Assembly (NCBI GenBank): GCA_035577785.1
Contig: DATLUZ010000052.1
Location: 1,380-65,379 of the forward strand
Origin: Burkholderiales bacterium
GTDB taxonomy: Bacteria; Pseudomonadota; Gammaproteobacteria; Burkholderiales; SG8-39
DNA: 64,000 nucleotides
Direction: 5' to 3'
Shown: positions 19,000 through 27,521 of the stretch, piece by piece
Numbering within the stretch: the stretch's first letter is position 1
How the letters are laid out: each line of letters begins with the position of its first letter
The notes under the pieces: generated by a model
What the model was told of the DNA's origin: nothing
The model's input: the letters and a program-made list of their open reading frames with translations, nothing else
Databases searched by the model: none
Position numbers and translations under genes: made by a program

Positions 19000-20064
19000 A
19001 TGCCTGACAGAACGTTAGTGCGGGCCGTTTCGGTTGCGGCGCTCATTGTCGGTGCCCTGACCGTCGCAAGAGCGGCGTCCGGGCAACAGGTCGCGCCGGC
19101 ATCAGCGAGGCCAGTGAGTGACGTGGAAGTGGCACAGCAGGCCGCAAAGACCGCGGCCGGCTTCGAATTTCTCGGCACCCTCGCGCGGACCTGCTTCCTG
19201 CCGCCGAGCAGGAGCGAGGATCTCCGCGATATTCCCGCACCGTATGTGACGGACCCGCGCACGGCGCCGCCGCGGGCGGCGTGGTATGCGGATCCACGTA
19301 AGGTCTTCGACAACCTCTACTTCGTGGGTGGAAAGGTCCACTCCGCATGGGCGCTCACGACGCGCGAGGGCATCATTCTCCTGGACACGATCTACCCTTA
19401 CAACTCGGAAGAGCTCATCGTCGGCGGGATGAAAAAGGTAGGGCTCGATCCGAAGAACATCAAGTACGTGGTTATCTCGCACGCCCATCAGGACCACATC
19501 GGCGGGGCGGAGATGATCCAGAAGCGCTACGGTTCGCGTGTCGTAATGTCCGAGCCGGACTGGGCGCTGGTCGAGAAGCTGCCGAATCGCTTCAAGACCA
19601 TGGCCCCGAAGCGCGACGTTGTGGCGACCGACGGCATGAAGCTCACGCTAGGTGAATCGACGGTCAACATCTGGTTCACGCCCGGCCATACGGATGGGAC
19701 GATCTCGTTCACGTTCCAGGTGCTCGACCGCGGCCGTCCCGTGAACGTGGTCTATTCGGGCGGCACCGCGCTGGTCTACGAATGGAACCAGCGCGAATGG
19801 AGCATCAAGAACCTGCAGACTTATATAGAGTCGCAGCGCCACCTCGCCGCGAAGGCTAAGGAGGCCGGCGCGACCGTGCTGTTGTCGAACCATTCGGAGT
19901 TCGACGAGGCGTGGAAGAAGAACCTCATGCTCGCCGGCCGCGGCGATGGGCCGCACCCATATGAGATCGGCGCCGGCCAGGTGCAGCGTTATTTCAAGGT
20001 GACAGAGAACTGCGCCCGCGCGACGCAACTCAAGCTCGAGCAGCTGCCTGAGACTTCGCGTTGA
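19000..20064 (+). CDS. exported MBL-fold metallo-hydrolase, subclass-B3 metallo-beta-lactamase-like
   Basis: RBS GGAAGGAG before ATG 19000 and a signal peptide. HAHQDH (HxHxDH), TPGHTDGT and LLSNHSEF line up with the six B3 zinc ligands (H116/H118/H196, D120/H121/H263). Overall collinear with L1-type enzymes (NLYFVG...ILLDT...VISHAHQDH). Confidence 0.88.
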   Translation: MPDRTLVRAVSVAALIVGALTVARAASGQQVAPASARPVSDVEVAQQAAKTAAGFEFLGTLARTCFLPPSRSEDLRDIPAPYVTDPRTAPPRAAWYADPRKVFDNLYFVGGKVHSAWALTTREGIILLDTIYPYNSEELIVGGMKKVGLDPKNIKYVVISHAHQDHIGGAEMIQKRYGSRVVMSEPDWALVEKLPNRFKTMAPKRDVVATDGMKLTLGESTVNIWFTPGHTDGTISFTFQVLDRGRPVNVVYSGGTALVYEWNQREWSIKNLQTYIESQRHLAAKAKEAGATVLLSNHSEFDEAWKKNLMLAGRGDGPHPYEIGAGQVQRYFKVTENCARATQLKLEQLPETSR

Positions 20065-20155
20065 GCATGACCGGTATCTTGATCATTGTTGGTAGCTCGA
20101 TGTTCGCGCTCGTTGGTTTGCCACATGCTGTTTACACTTGACGCGTTTCAGCGCT

Positions 20156-20614
20156 ATGTCACTTCGTCGGAGGCATATCGTGGGCGCCGCGACAAATTCC
20201 GGCCAGTGTGCAGCTGTTGTTGTAGCCGTCGCTGCTTTGACTGCTATCGCCGGTTGCAGCGTCAGCTCTAAACAGAGCGCGTATAGCTATCTCGGCCGCG
20301 TTATAGAGAAGACGCCGGACGTCGACTTGGCGCGGCCAAACCCAGATCCCTCGGTCCGCGCGCAGAACCAAGCGACGTTCGGCGTCGTGGGTGCACCAAT
20401 TGTCGAGAGCTTAACGTCGACCTATGGCACCAAGTACCAGCGCTATACCGTGCAACTAGAAATGGGGGAGAAGGTTAGCCTTCGATCTAAGCGAGAGAGT
20501 ATTTCCGTCGGAGACTGCGCGCGAGTATGGATTGATGGTCCTGGGGTTAGCCCTGTCTACCTTTACGCACCGGATCAGGCCGAAATTGACAAGGCGGACG
20601 GATGTTCAAAATAG
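20156..20614 (+). CDS. hypothetical lipoprotein
   Basis: Lipobox LTAIAGC after MSLRRRHIVGAATNSGQCAAVVVAVAA. Start uncertain: ATG 20138, ATG 20156, or GTG 20180 preceded by GGAGG. The second copy of the 26-bp repeat begins 16 nt after the stop. Confidence 0.6.
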   Translation: MSLRRRHIVGAATNSGQCAAVVVAVAALTAIAGCSVSSKQSAYSYLGRVIEKTPDVDLARPNPDPSVRAQNQATFGVVGAPIVESLTSTYGTKYQRYTVQLEMGEKVSLRSKRESISVGDCARVWIDGPGVSPVYLYAPDQAEIDKADGCSK

Positions 20615-20629
20615 ACTCCACCGTGGCAC

Positions 20630-20655
20630 CTAACAGCGCGTTGTTGTCCGACGCC
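20630..20655 (+). repeat. 26-bp direct repeat, copy 2 (CTAACAGCGCGTTGTTGTCCGACGCC)
   Basis: Identical to 18948-18973. Begins 16 nt after the stop of the lipoprotein gene. Confidence 0.9.
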
Positions 20656-20754
20656 AATCTTCCCGATTTAGTTGACACCCCGACCTAACGGGCCGCAGGC
20701 GAGCTGTGATGGCGGTGATTTGCGCCCATGCAGGAGAAGCGCCCGCCTCGCGCC

Positions 20755-21591
20755 TCAGCCCAGCTTCGGCCGCTTCTTCAGCTCGGGGAGAATGGCGCGC
20801 TCGTAGAAGGTCACGCCGACCGCGGCGATGCGCTCGGGACCGATGAGCGCCGCCGCGCCCTCGCCCGCCCGCTTCCATGCCTTGTACTCGTCCTCGTAGG
20901 CGAGCCCCATGGAGCGGGCGATGAGGTGGATATAGTTGTACACGGGGATGGCGCCGGCGGCGTCGAGACCGAGGATCTCGCGGTAGCACTGGTGGAACGT
21001 CGTCACCACGGCTTCGGCGCCCGAGGCCTTCGCAGCGTGCATCGTATTGGCGTGGATGTCGTGGAGCGCGTTTGGCAGGCCGGCGAACGAGGCGCACATG
21101 TAGCCGGGCGCCGTGTAGCCGCCGTCGACGACCTCGACGCCCGGAATCATCGACAGCAGCTCGGGCACCATGCGGTTCACCGGCACGAGGTCGTTGAAAC
21201 CTACGTGCCGGTGCAGCATCGCTCTCATCGGCACCGGGGTTTTCAACAGCGGCGCAAGCCGCTCGCGCCTCTCGTGCAGCACCTCGACCATGTAGCTCAT
21301 GTCGAAGTGCCGCTCGTTCGCCTGTTCCATGAAGTCGTGCATGTGCGAATGGCACGACGGACACCAGGCGACGACGCGCGCATCACGCTCGTTCAGGCGC
21401 CCCACGGTCCGCGTCGCCATGCCGCCCGCGGCGGCCTGGTTCGCGTCCTTCACGGTGCCGCAGCAGTAGTCAGGCCCGCCCACGGGATGAGGCTCGTAGC
21501 CGACTGCGCGCAGGATGTCGAGGCACGCGTGGATGATGTCGCCGTGCCTCAGCACGTTGCAGCCGTACCAGAAGGTGACGCGCTCATCCAT
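20755..21591 (-). CDS. HdrB-like (CCG-domain) Fe-S oxidoreductase subunit
   Basis: CCG-domain signature (WYGCN...PDYCCGT) and a second Cys-rich half (WCPSCHSH...). Start shares one nucleotide with the upstream stop (TGATG). Confidence 0.8.
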   Translation of the reverse strand: MDERVTFWYGCNVLRHGDIIHACLDILRAVGYEPHPVGGPDYCCGTVKDANQAAAGGMATRTVGRLNERDARVVAWCPSCHSHMHDFMEQANERHFDMSYMVEVLHERRERLAPLLKTPVPMRAMLHRHVGFNDLVPVNRMVPELLSMIPGVEVVDGGYTAPGYMCASFAGLPNALHDIHANTMHAAKASGAEAVVTTFHQCYREILGLDAAGAIPVYNYIHLIARSMGLAYEDEYKAWKRAGEGAAALIGPERIAAVGVTFYERAILPELKKRPKLG

Positions 21592-22019
21592 CACGTCCAG
21601 TCCTTCCGCTCTTCGTCGGTGAGCTGCAGCTTCGCGAAGGCGCGCACGCGATCGAAGTAGTCGCGGTCCTCCTTCGCCTCGATCTGCTTCGGCAAGCCGC
21701 GCCCGCCGAGCGCCGTCATGCGCGCAAGCCGCATCATCATGCGCGGATCGACGTTTTCCGGGCACGCCGGAACGCACACGCCGCTCCGCGTGCAGACACC
21801 GATCCAGCCGAGCGCCTCCGGCGAGCCCTGCCCGCCTTGCAACACGGCGAGAACGCCGGGCACTACCTGCTTGCCGTCCGTTGCTGGCGCCTTAGAGTAC
21901 TGCGCCATGGGACAGACCTCGAAACACTTCCCGCACGCGGTGCAGGCGCCCAGGATGCGGTCGATCTCCCGCTGCTGGAATTCCTTCAGGCGCTGACCAA
22001 TGACCGGGCGGTCGTCCAT
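21591..22019 (-). CDS. HdrC-like 4Fe-4S dicluster protein
   Basis: CTACGKCFEVCP (CxxCxxCxxxCP) and CTRSGVCVPACP motifs. Coupled to the CCG-domain gene. Confidence 0.8.
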   Translation of the reverse strand: MDDRPVIGQRLKEFQQREIDRILGACTACGKCFEVCPMAQYSKAPATDGKQVVPGVLAVLQGGQGSPEALGWIGVCTRSGVCVPACPENVDPRMMMRLARMTALGGRGLPKQIEAKEDRDYFDRVRAFAKLQLTDEERKDWT

Positions 22020-22056
22020 AGGACGGGTATAAAAGGTCGTGCAGTAAACTCAGCGG

Positions 22057-23025
22057 GTGACTGTATCACCTCACCGCATCTGCGTGGCACCGATGATGGA
22101 CTGGTCGGATCGGCACTACCGGTTCTTCATGCGCCAGATCAGCGCCAGGGCTCGCCTGTACACCGAGATGATCACCACCGGCGCGCTGATTCACGGCGAC
22201 GTCGAGCGGCATCTCGCGTTCAGCAAGGAAGAGCATCCGCTGGCGCTGCAGCTCGGAGGGAGCGATCCCGATGAGTTGCGTGCCTGCGCGCGGATGGGAG
22301 AAAAGTCCGGGTATGACGAGATCAATCTCAATGTCGGCTGCCCGAGCGAGCGCGTGCAGAAGGGCGCATTCGGCGCCTGCCTGATGGCGGAACCTCAGCT
22401 GGTTTCTTCCTGTGTAAGGGCGATCAAAAACGAAGTGAGGCTTCCTGTCACTGTGAAGCACCGCATCGGAATCGACGACATCGAGAGCTACGATTTCGTA
22501 CGCGAGTTCGTCGCCGCGGTGTCGGAGGCGGGCTGCCGCACCTTTATCGTCCACGCGCGCAACGCCGTCCTGAAAGGACTTTCGCCGAAGGAGAACCGCG
22601 AGATTCCGCCGCTCAAGTACGAGTACGTGTACCGCCTCAAGGCCGAGTTCCCCACGCTCGAGTTCGTGATCAACGGCGGCATCACCAGCTGGGCCGAGAT
22701 CACGACCCATCTCGCCTACGTCGACGGCGCGATGCTCGGGCGCGCCGCGTACCACAATCCGTGGCTGCTCGCCGACCCTGGCAGGAGCCGCGCGCAGGTG
22801 GTGCGAGCGATGTACGAGTACGCGAAGGGCGTGGAATCGGTGCGCCACGTCACGCGTCACATGCTGGGCCTGTACCACGGCCACAAGAAGGCCCGGCTCT
22901 GGCGCCGGCTCCTGTCGGACTCCGAGCGCCTGCGGCCGAACCGTCCCGAGCTCCTGCTGGAGGCGCTCGAGGCGGTCGAGGCGCCGGGCTACCGGGAGTT
23001 CACCCCGGTTGCGGCCATGCGTTAA
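22057..23025 (+). CDS. dusA: tRNA-dihydrouridine(20/20a) synthase
   Basis: RICVAPMMDWSDRHYRFFMRQIS..., LNVGCPS, VKHRIGID and INGGI blocks typical of DusA. GTG start. Confidence 0.9.
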   Translation: MTVSPHRICVAPMMDWSDRHYRFFMRQISARARLYTEMITTGALIHGDVERHLAFSKEEHPLALQLGGSDPDELRACARMGEKSGYDEINLNVGCPSERVQKGAFGACLMAEPQLVSSCVRAIKNEVRLPVTVKHRIGIDDIESYDFVREFVAAVSEAGCRTFIVHARNAVLKGLSPKENREIPPLKYEYVYRLKAEFPTLEFVINGGITSWAEITTHLAYVDGAMLGRAAYHNPWLLADPGRSRAQVVRAMYEYAKGVESVRHVTRHMLGLYHGHKKARLWRRLLSDSERLRPNRPELLLEALEAVEAPGYREFTPVAAMR

Positions 23026-23050
23026 CATCCCTCTTTCGCCGGGAGCCCCC

Positions 23051-23827
23051 ATGAGCGCCGTTCCAAAGATCCAAACGTCGGTTCGCGATCGAGTGAGCAA
23101 GGAAGAGTGGCAGACGCGCGTCGACCTGGCCGCCTGCTACCAACTCGCGCACATCTACAGGTGGACCGACCTCATCTACACCCATTTCTCGGCGCGCGTG
23201 CCCGGCACCGAGGATTTCCTCATCAATCCGTACGGCCTGATGTTCGACGAGATCACCGCGTCCAGCCTGGTGAAGATCGACTGGAACGGCAAGATCCTCG
23301 ACGATCCTCTCGGCATGGGCGTGAACGAGGCCGGGTTCGTGATCCACAGCTGCGTGCACAAGGCGCGCCATGAGATCAATTGCGTCATCCACACGCACAC
23401 GCGCGCCGGCGTCGCGGTCTCGGCGATGAAGTGCGGCCTGCTGCCGATCAGCCAGCACGCGATGATGATCCAGGCCGACGTCGCCTATCACGATTACGAG
23501 GGTATCGCGCTCTACAGGGAGGAGCAGGCGCGCATGGCGGCCGACCTCGGGAAGAGCGCAAAGGCGATGATCCTGCGCAACCACGGCCTCCTCGCGCTCG
23601 GCGCGACGGTACGCGAAGCCTTCGAGGTCATGTACTACCTCGACTGCGCCTGCCAGATCCAGATCGACGCCTGCTCGGCGGGCATGCACAACGTGCAGCT
23701 CATGTCGGAGGCTGCCGCGCGCACCTCGACGCAGCAGTTCAACCGCCCCGATCGCCCGGCGCACCACAAGGACTGGCCGGCGCTGCTCAGGATGCTGGAT
23801 CGCCGCGGCGTCCGATACGCGGAGTAG
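23051..23827 (+). CDS. class II aldolase/adducin-family protein
   Basis: RBS GGGAG before ATG 23051. Aldolase_II-like blocks (FLINPYGLMFDEITASSLV, VIHTHTRAG, ILRNHGLLALG). Confidence 0.85.
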   Translation: MSAVPKIQTSVRDRVSKEEWQTRVDLAACYQLAHIYRWTDLIYTHFSARVPGTEDFLINPYGLMFDEITASSLVKIDWNGKILDDPLGMGVNEAGFVIHSCVHKARHEINCVIHTHTRAGVAVSAMKCGLLPISQHAMMIQADVAYHDYEGIALYREEQARMAADLGKSAKAMILRNHGLLALGATVREAFEVMYYLDCACQIQIDACSAGMHNVQLMSEAAARTSTQQFNRPDRPAHHKDWPALLRMLDRRGVRYAE

Positions 23828-23838
23828 CAACCCCAAAT

Positions 23839-23895
23839 CAGGGACAGACCACGTTTTTTTCCGGAAAACGTGGTCTGTCCCTGTTTTTCGTTTTT
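23839..23895. terminator. strong intrinsic terminator between convergent aldolase and hydrolase genes
   Basis: Perfect 19-bp stem CAGGGACAGACCACGTTTT / AAAACGTGGTCTGTCCCTG with a 7-nt loop, followed by TTTTTCGTTTTT on the plus strand. Confidence 0.85.
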
Positions 23896-23896
23896 G

Positions 23897-24679
23897 CTAG
23901 CTCAGTGTTTGGATAAAGCGCGTTAGGGCGGCCAGCGTCTGCTCGGGTTGATCGCGGAACGGCGCGTGGCCGCAGCGCTCCAGTTTTAGCAGCTCGCACG
24001 GCCCGGGCACGCGGCGCGCGATCTCGTCGAGCTGCGCCATGGTGCCGTACTCGTCGTCGTACCCCTGGATCGCGAGCACCGGGCATTGCACGCCCGGCAG
24101 GTAGTCGTCGCGGATGTCCCAGCGCTCGAAGCCCGGATCGAGCCACACGTCGGCCCAGCCGTAAAAGGTCTTGCGCGCATCCCGGTGATAGCGGCCGAGC
24201 CTCGCCGGCAGATCGGTGGACTCGAAAGTGTTCGCCGCCTTCCTGATGGAACCGAGGCAGATCGGCTCGATGAAGACGTGCGGCGCCATCGCCACCACGC
24301 CGCGGGCGCGATGTCCCGCGCCGGCATGGATGAGGGCGATCGAGGCGCCGTCCGAATGCCCTACCAGGATCGCGTCCTCGATGGCGAGACGCCGGCGCAG
24401 CTCCGGCAGCGCGACGAGCGCCTCGTCGTGCATGAAGCGAACATCCCGGCGCGGCTCGGCGAGCACCTCGGACTGGCCGTAGCCGTAGCGGTCGTAGACG
24501 AGCACCCGGCAGCCGGTGGCGGCGGCCGCTTTCGGCGGAAAGTCGCGCCACTGGCGGATCGAGCCCAGCCCTTCGTGGAGAAAAATCAGGGTCGGCCTGG
24601 CCCGGGCGTCGCCTTCGATCCATTCGTAGCTGAGCGAGCGCCCGGCCGCTTTCACAACCGGCATGCGCGAGGTTAGCAT
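23897..24679 (-). CDS. alpha/beta-fold hydrolase
   Basis: TLIFLHEGLGS oxyanion region, nucleophile elbow GHSDGA, C-terminal His region (CGHAPF). Confidence 0.85.
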   Translation of the reverse strand: MLTSRMPVVKAAGRSLSYEWIEGDARARPTLIFLHEGLGSIRQWRDFPPKAAAATGCRVLVYDRYGYGQSEVLAEPRRDVRFMHDEALVALPELRRRLAIEDAILVGHSDGASIALIHAGAGHRARGVVAMAPHVFIEPICLGSIRKAANTFESTDLPARLGRYHRDARKTFYGWADVWLDPGFERWDIRDDYLPGVQCPVLAIQGYDDEYGTMAQLDEIARRVPGPCELLKLERCGHAPFRDQPEQTLAALTRFIQTLS

Positions 24680-24687
24680 GCGGCCCC

Positions 24688-25656
24688 ATGAGCCCGCAGC
24701 GCGCTCTTCCCTGCATCGCGTTCGGCGTCCTCTTCGCCGCCGCGGCGCTCGCGCAGGACTATCCGGCGCGGCCGGTGCGCCTCATCGTGCCGATCGGCCC
24801 GGGCGGCGGCACCGACATCCTCGGCCGCCACGTCGCGCAGAAGCTCGGCGAGCGCCTGAAGCAAAGCGTGATCGTCGAGAACCGCCCGGGCGCCGGCTCG
24901 CTCGTCGGCACGGAGTACGCGGCGAAGGCCGCGCCGGACGGCTACACGCTCCTCGTCGGCGGCATCTTCAACATGGTGATGAATCCGGCGCTGATGAAGT
25001 CGCTGCCCTACGACCCGCTGCGCGATTTCGTGCCGCTGGGCTACGTCTCCGCGTATCCGTTCGTGCTGGTCGCGCGCAGCGACCTTCCCGCGTCGAGCCT
25101 CGCGCAGCTCGTCGACTATGCCAGGGCGAAGCCCGGCAGGCTCACCTACGGCTCGGCGGGCATCGGCACGCTGCAGCACGTCTGGGGCGCGATTCTCTTC
25201 AAGAGCCTCGGGCTCGACCTGGTCCACGTGCCGTTCAAGTCCGCGCCCGCCGCGCACCAGGAGATGCTCGCCGGACGCCTCGACGTGATGATCGACAACC
25301 TCTCGGCCGCGAAGGCGCACGTGCAGGCGGGGAGGCTCAAAGCCCTCGCGGTCACCGGCGCCCAACGCTCGCGCGAGCTCGCGTCCGTACCGACAGTGAT
25401 GGAAACCGGCCTCGCGCAATTCGAAGGCGAAAGCTGGTTCGCGCTGTTCGCGCCCGCGGCGGCGCCAGCGAAAGCGGTGGGCACGCTGCGCGCGGCGCTC
25501 GCCGAGGTGCTGCAGGACCGCGAGTTCGCCGAACGCATCGAGCGCGACGGCGGCCGCGTCCTCGCCATCGCTCCCGCCGAGCAGCGCAGGTTCCTGGAGG
25601 ACGAGGTCGGGCGCTGGACCGCGCTCGTCGCGCGCTACGGCGTGAGCATCGACTAG
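24688..25656 (+). CDS. Bug-family (TctC-like) tripartite tricarboxylate transporter substrate-binding protein
   Basis: Signal peptide plus the typical DYPARPVRLIVPIGPGGGTDILGR...VENRPGAG start of Bug proteins. No tctA/tctB adjacent. Confidence 0.9.
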   Translation: MSPQRALPCIAFGVLFAAAALAQDYPARPVRLIVPIGPGGGTDILGRHVAQKLGERLKQSVIVENRPGAGSLVGTEYAAKAAPDGYTLLVGGIFNMVMNPALMKSLPYDPLRDFVPLGYVSAYPFVLVARSDLPASSLAQLVDYARAKPGRLTYGSAGIGTLQHVWGAILFKSLGLDLVHVPFKSAPAAHQEMLAGRLDVMIDNLSAAKAHVQAGRLKALAVTGAQRSRELASVPTVMETGLAQFEGESWFALFAPAAAPAKAVGTLRAALAEVLQDREFAERIERDGGRVLAIAPAEQRRFLEDEVGRWTALVARYGVSID

Positions 25657-25672
25657 GCGGCGCTCGAGCACG

Positions 25673-26563
25673 GTGCGCCGGACCGCCTGGCTGGTCCTCG
25701 TCGCGACCCTCCTGCTCTGGTCGGGCAACTGGATCGTGGCGCGCGCGGTGCGCGACGCCATCGCGCCGGGCCTCGCCACGGTCGGCCGGCTTCTCATCGT
25801 GCTCGCGATCCTGCTGCCGTTCGCCTTCTCCAACCTAAAGGCGAAGCTGCCCGAGCTTCGGTCCAGAGACTGGAAGATCATCGCCGCCCTCGGCTTCACG
25901 GGCGGCGGCGTGCACCTCGGCCTGCAGTGGCTCGGGCTGCATTACACGACGGCGACGAGCGGCATCCTTTACCTGTCGACCACCCCGTTGTTCATCATGC
26001 TGATGTCGGTGCCCCTGGGCGAGCGCGTCGGGGCGCGGCAGTGGCTCGGCGTAGTGGTGTCCTTCTGCGGCGTGTTCCTCATCGCCACGCGCGGCGAGCC
26101 CGCGCGGCTGTCCTTCAACATCGGCGACCTCATGGCCCTCGCCTCGATGATGATGTGGGCCGGCTACACCGTGCTGCTGCGGCTGCGGCGCGACCCGCTC
26201 GACACGACGGAGCTTCTCGTCCTGGTGTGCCTCTTCGGGTTCCTGTTCATGACGCCGTGGGCGGCCTGGGAGCTCGTCTTCAATCCGCAGATCGAGTTGG
26301 ACGCGCGCGGCTATCTCGCCGTGCTCTACTCCGCGATCGGGTCGTTCCTGCTCGCCTATGCAGGCTGGAGCTACGTAGTGAAGCGCATGGGAGCGGTGCG
26401 CGCGGGCATCACGATGCACCTCATGCCGGCGTTCGGCGTGATCCTGTCGGCGCTGTTCCTCGCCGAATACCCGGGCTGGTACCACTTCGCCGGCATCGGT
26501 CTCATTCTTGCCGGTGTCACGCTCTCGTCGCTCAAAGCTTCATCGGCTTCCAGTACCCGGTGA
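25673..26563 (+). CDS. DMT-superfamily (EamA-like) transporter
   Basis: About 10 hydrophobic segments in two EamA-like halves. GTG start. Confidence 0.85.
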   Translation: MRRTAWLVLVATLLLWSGNWIVARAVRDAIAPGLATVGRLLIVLAILLPFAFSNLKAKLPELRSRDWKIIAALGFTGGGVHLGLQWLGLHYTTATSGILYLSTTPLFIMLMSVPLGERVGARQWLGVVVSFCGVFLIATRGEPARLSFNIGDLMALASMMMWAGYTVLLRLRRDPLDTTELLVLVCLFGFLFMTPWAAWELVFNPQIELDARGYLAVLYSAIGSFLLAYAGWSYVVKRMGAVRAGITMHLMPAFGVILSALFLAEYPGWYHFAGIGLILAGVTLSSLKASSASSTR

Positions 26564-27521
26564 GCTCGAGGTAGCCGCGCCCGATTTGATTATTGTTTTG
26601 GAAGGCTCTGACTGCGCCCTCCCAGTAGATCGTGCCGGTCGAGAGGCGCGAATCGAGCTCCTGATCATCCATCAGCGGTTCGAGTCTCAAGTCGTTGAGC
26701 TGCATCGAAACCGGATATTCGACGCCGGTCCGCGGCGACTTCCACACGCGCAGCGGCTTCATCGAGATTCCCGGAGGGGCATAGTGCGTCCCGCCGTTCT
26801 TGTCGCGCATGCGAAAGCCCATGAGCGAGGCGCCGTTGAGGAAGTTGATCCCGGCCCAGTCCCAGCCGGCCGCCTCCGGCGCCATGTAGGCGCTCGACCA
26901 TTCGTGGTCCAGCCACGCGGTTCCGGTCACCTCGGCGCCGTTCACCTTGCCCGCCACGTCGAGCTGCGGCCGGCTGTAGTAGTAGCTTGCCTCTTCCGGC
27001 CGGTGCCCTTTGCGGCTGAACCCGGCGTCGCCCTGGAGGACGAGCTCGCGCGCGAAAAGCGTGAGGTCGAAATCGAACTCGCGCGCCGCGATGCGCGCGT
27101 GGTAGCGCGTGCCTTCGAGCACCAGGCTCCAGTCGTCGATCCACACTCCGGTGCGCTCGGTCTCGGCCTGCGCGAGCGAGAAGCCGGCGCGCGCCGCGCG
27201 CTGGTCGTGCGCGAGGCGTCCGCGCTTCGGGTCGGAGAGCGCGGCGTGAGCGAACAGGATCTGGCGCGGGTTGAAGCTGCTCGGGTTCGCGCTCTCCTCC
27301 TCCGGCCGCGCCCGGAAGAACGTGATCTGGAAGCCGTACGGCACGTCGAGCCAGCCGGTGACGTACCACCACTCGACGCGGTATTCGGGATGCGCCCCAT
27401 GATCGCGCGGAAAGTGCAACCGGTAGCCGGGTTTCACCTGCGGATAGGTCACCTTAGCCGCATGCACTCCTTGCGCGGCGAGCAATCCTGGAAGGGATAA
27501 AAGAAAGTGACGCCGCCTCAC
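26532..27521 (-). CDS. AttH-like / carotenoid 1,2-hydratase-like (lipocalin-like domain) exported protein
   Basis: GTG 27521 overlaps the stop of the permease (GTGA). Twin-arginine-like start VRRRHFLLSLPGLLAAQGVHA. FPRDHGAHPEYRVEWWYVTGWL is typical of the AttH/CrtC-like family. The rest of listed ORF 26532-29054 is antisense to the permease. Confidence 0.8.
   Translation of the reverse strand: MRRRHFLLSLPGLLAAQGVHAAKVTYPQVKPGYRLHFPRDHGAHPEYRVEWWYVTGWLDVPYGFQITFFRARPEEESANPSSFNPRQILFAHAALSDPKRGRLAHDQRAARAGFSLAQAETERTGVWIDDWSLVLEGTRYHARIAAREFDFDLTLFARELVLQGDAGFSRKGHRPEEASYYYSRPQLDVAGKVNGAEVTGTAWLDHEWSSAYMAPEAAGWDWAGINFLNGASLMGFRMRDKNGGTHYAPPGISMKPLRVWKSPRTGVEYPVSMQLNDLRLEPLMDDQELDSRLSTGTIYWEGAVRAFQNNNQIGRGYLELTGYWKPMKL

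Noticed and set aside
18948-20655. The 26-bp direct repeats as integron attC sites or a gene-cassette array
   Set aside because: I find no intI gene and no attI. The repeat lacks the paired R''/L''-L'/R' core-site structure (no GTTRRRY core) and is far shorter than typical attC sites. It is kept only as a generic recombination or repeat-element hypothesis.
20700-22100. A dusA-targeting integrative element, since dusA 5' ends are a known integration hotspot
   Set aside because: dusA (22057-23025) appears intact from a normal N-terminus. The low-GC module is separated from it by the native-GC hdrCB-like genes, and no integrase is present.
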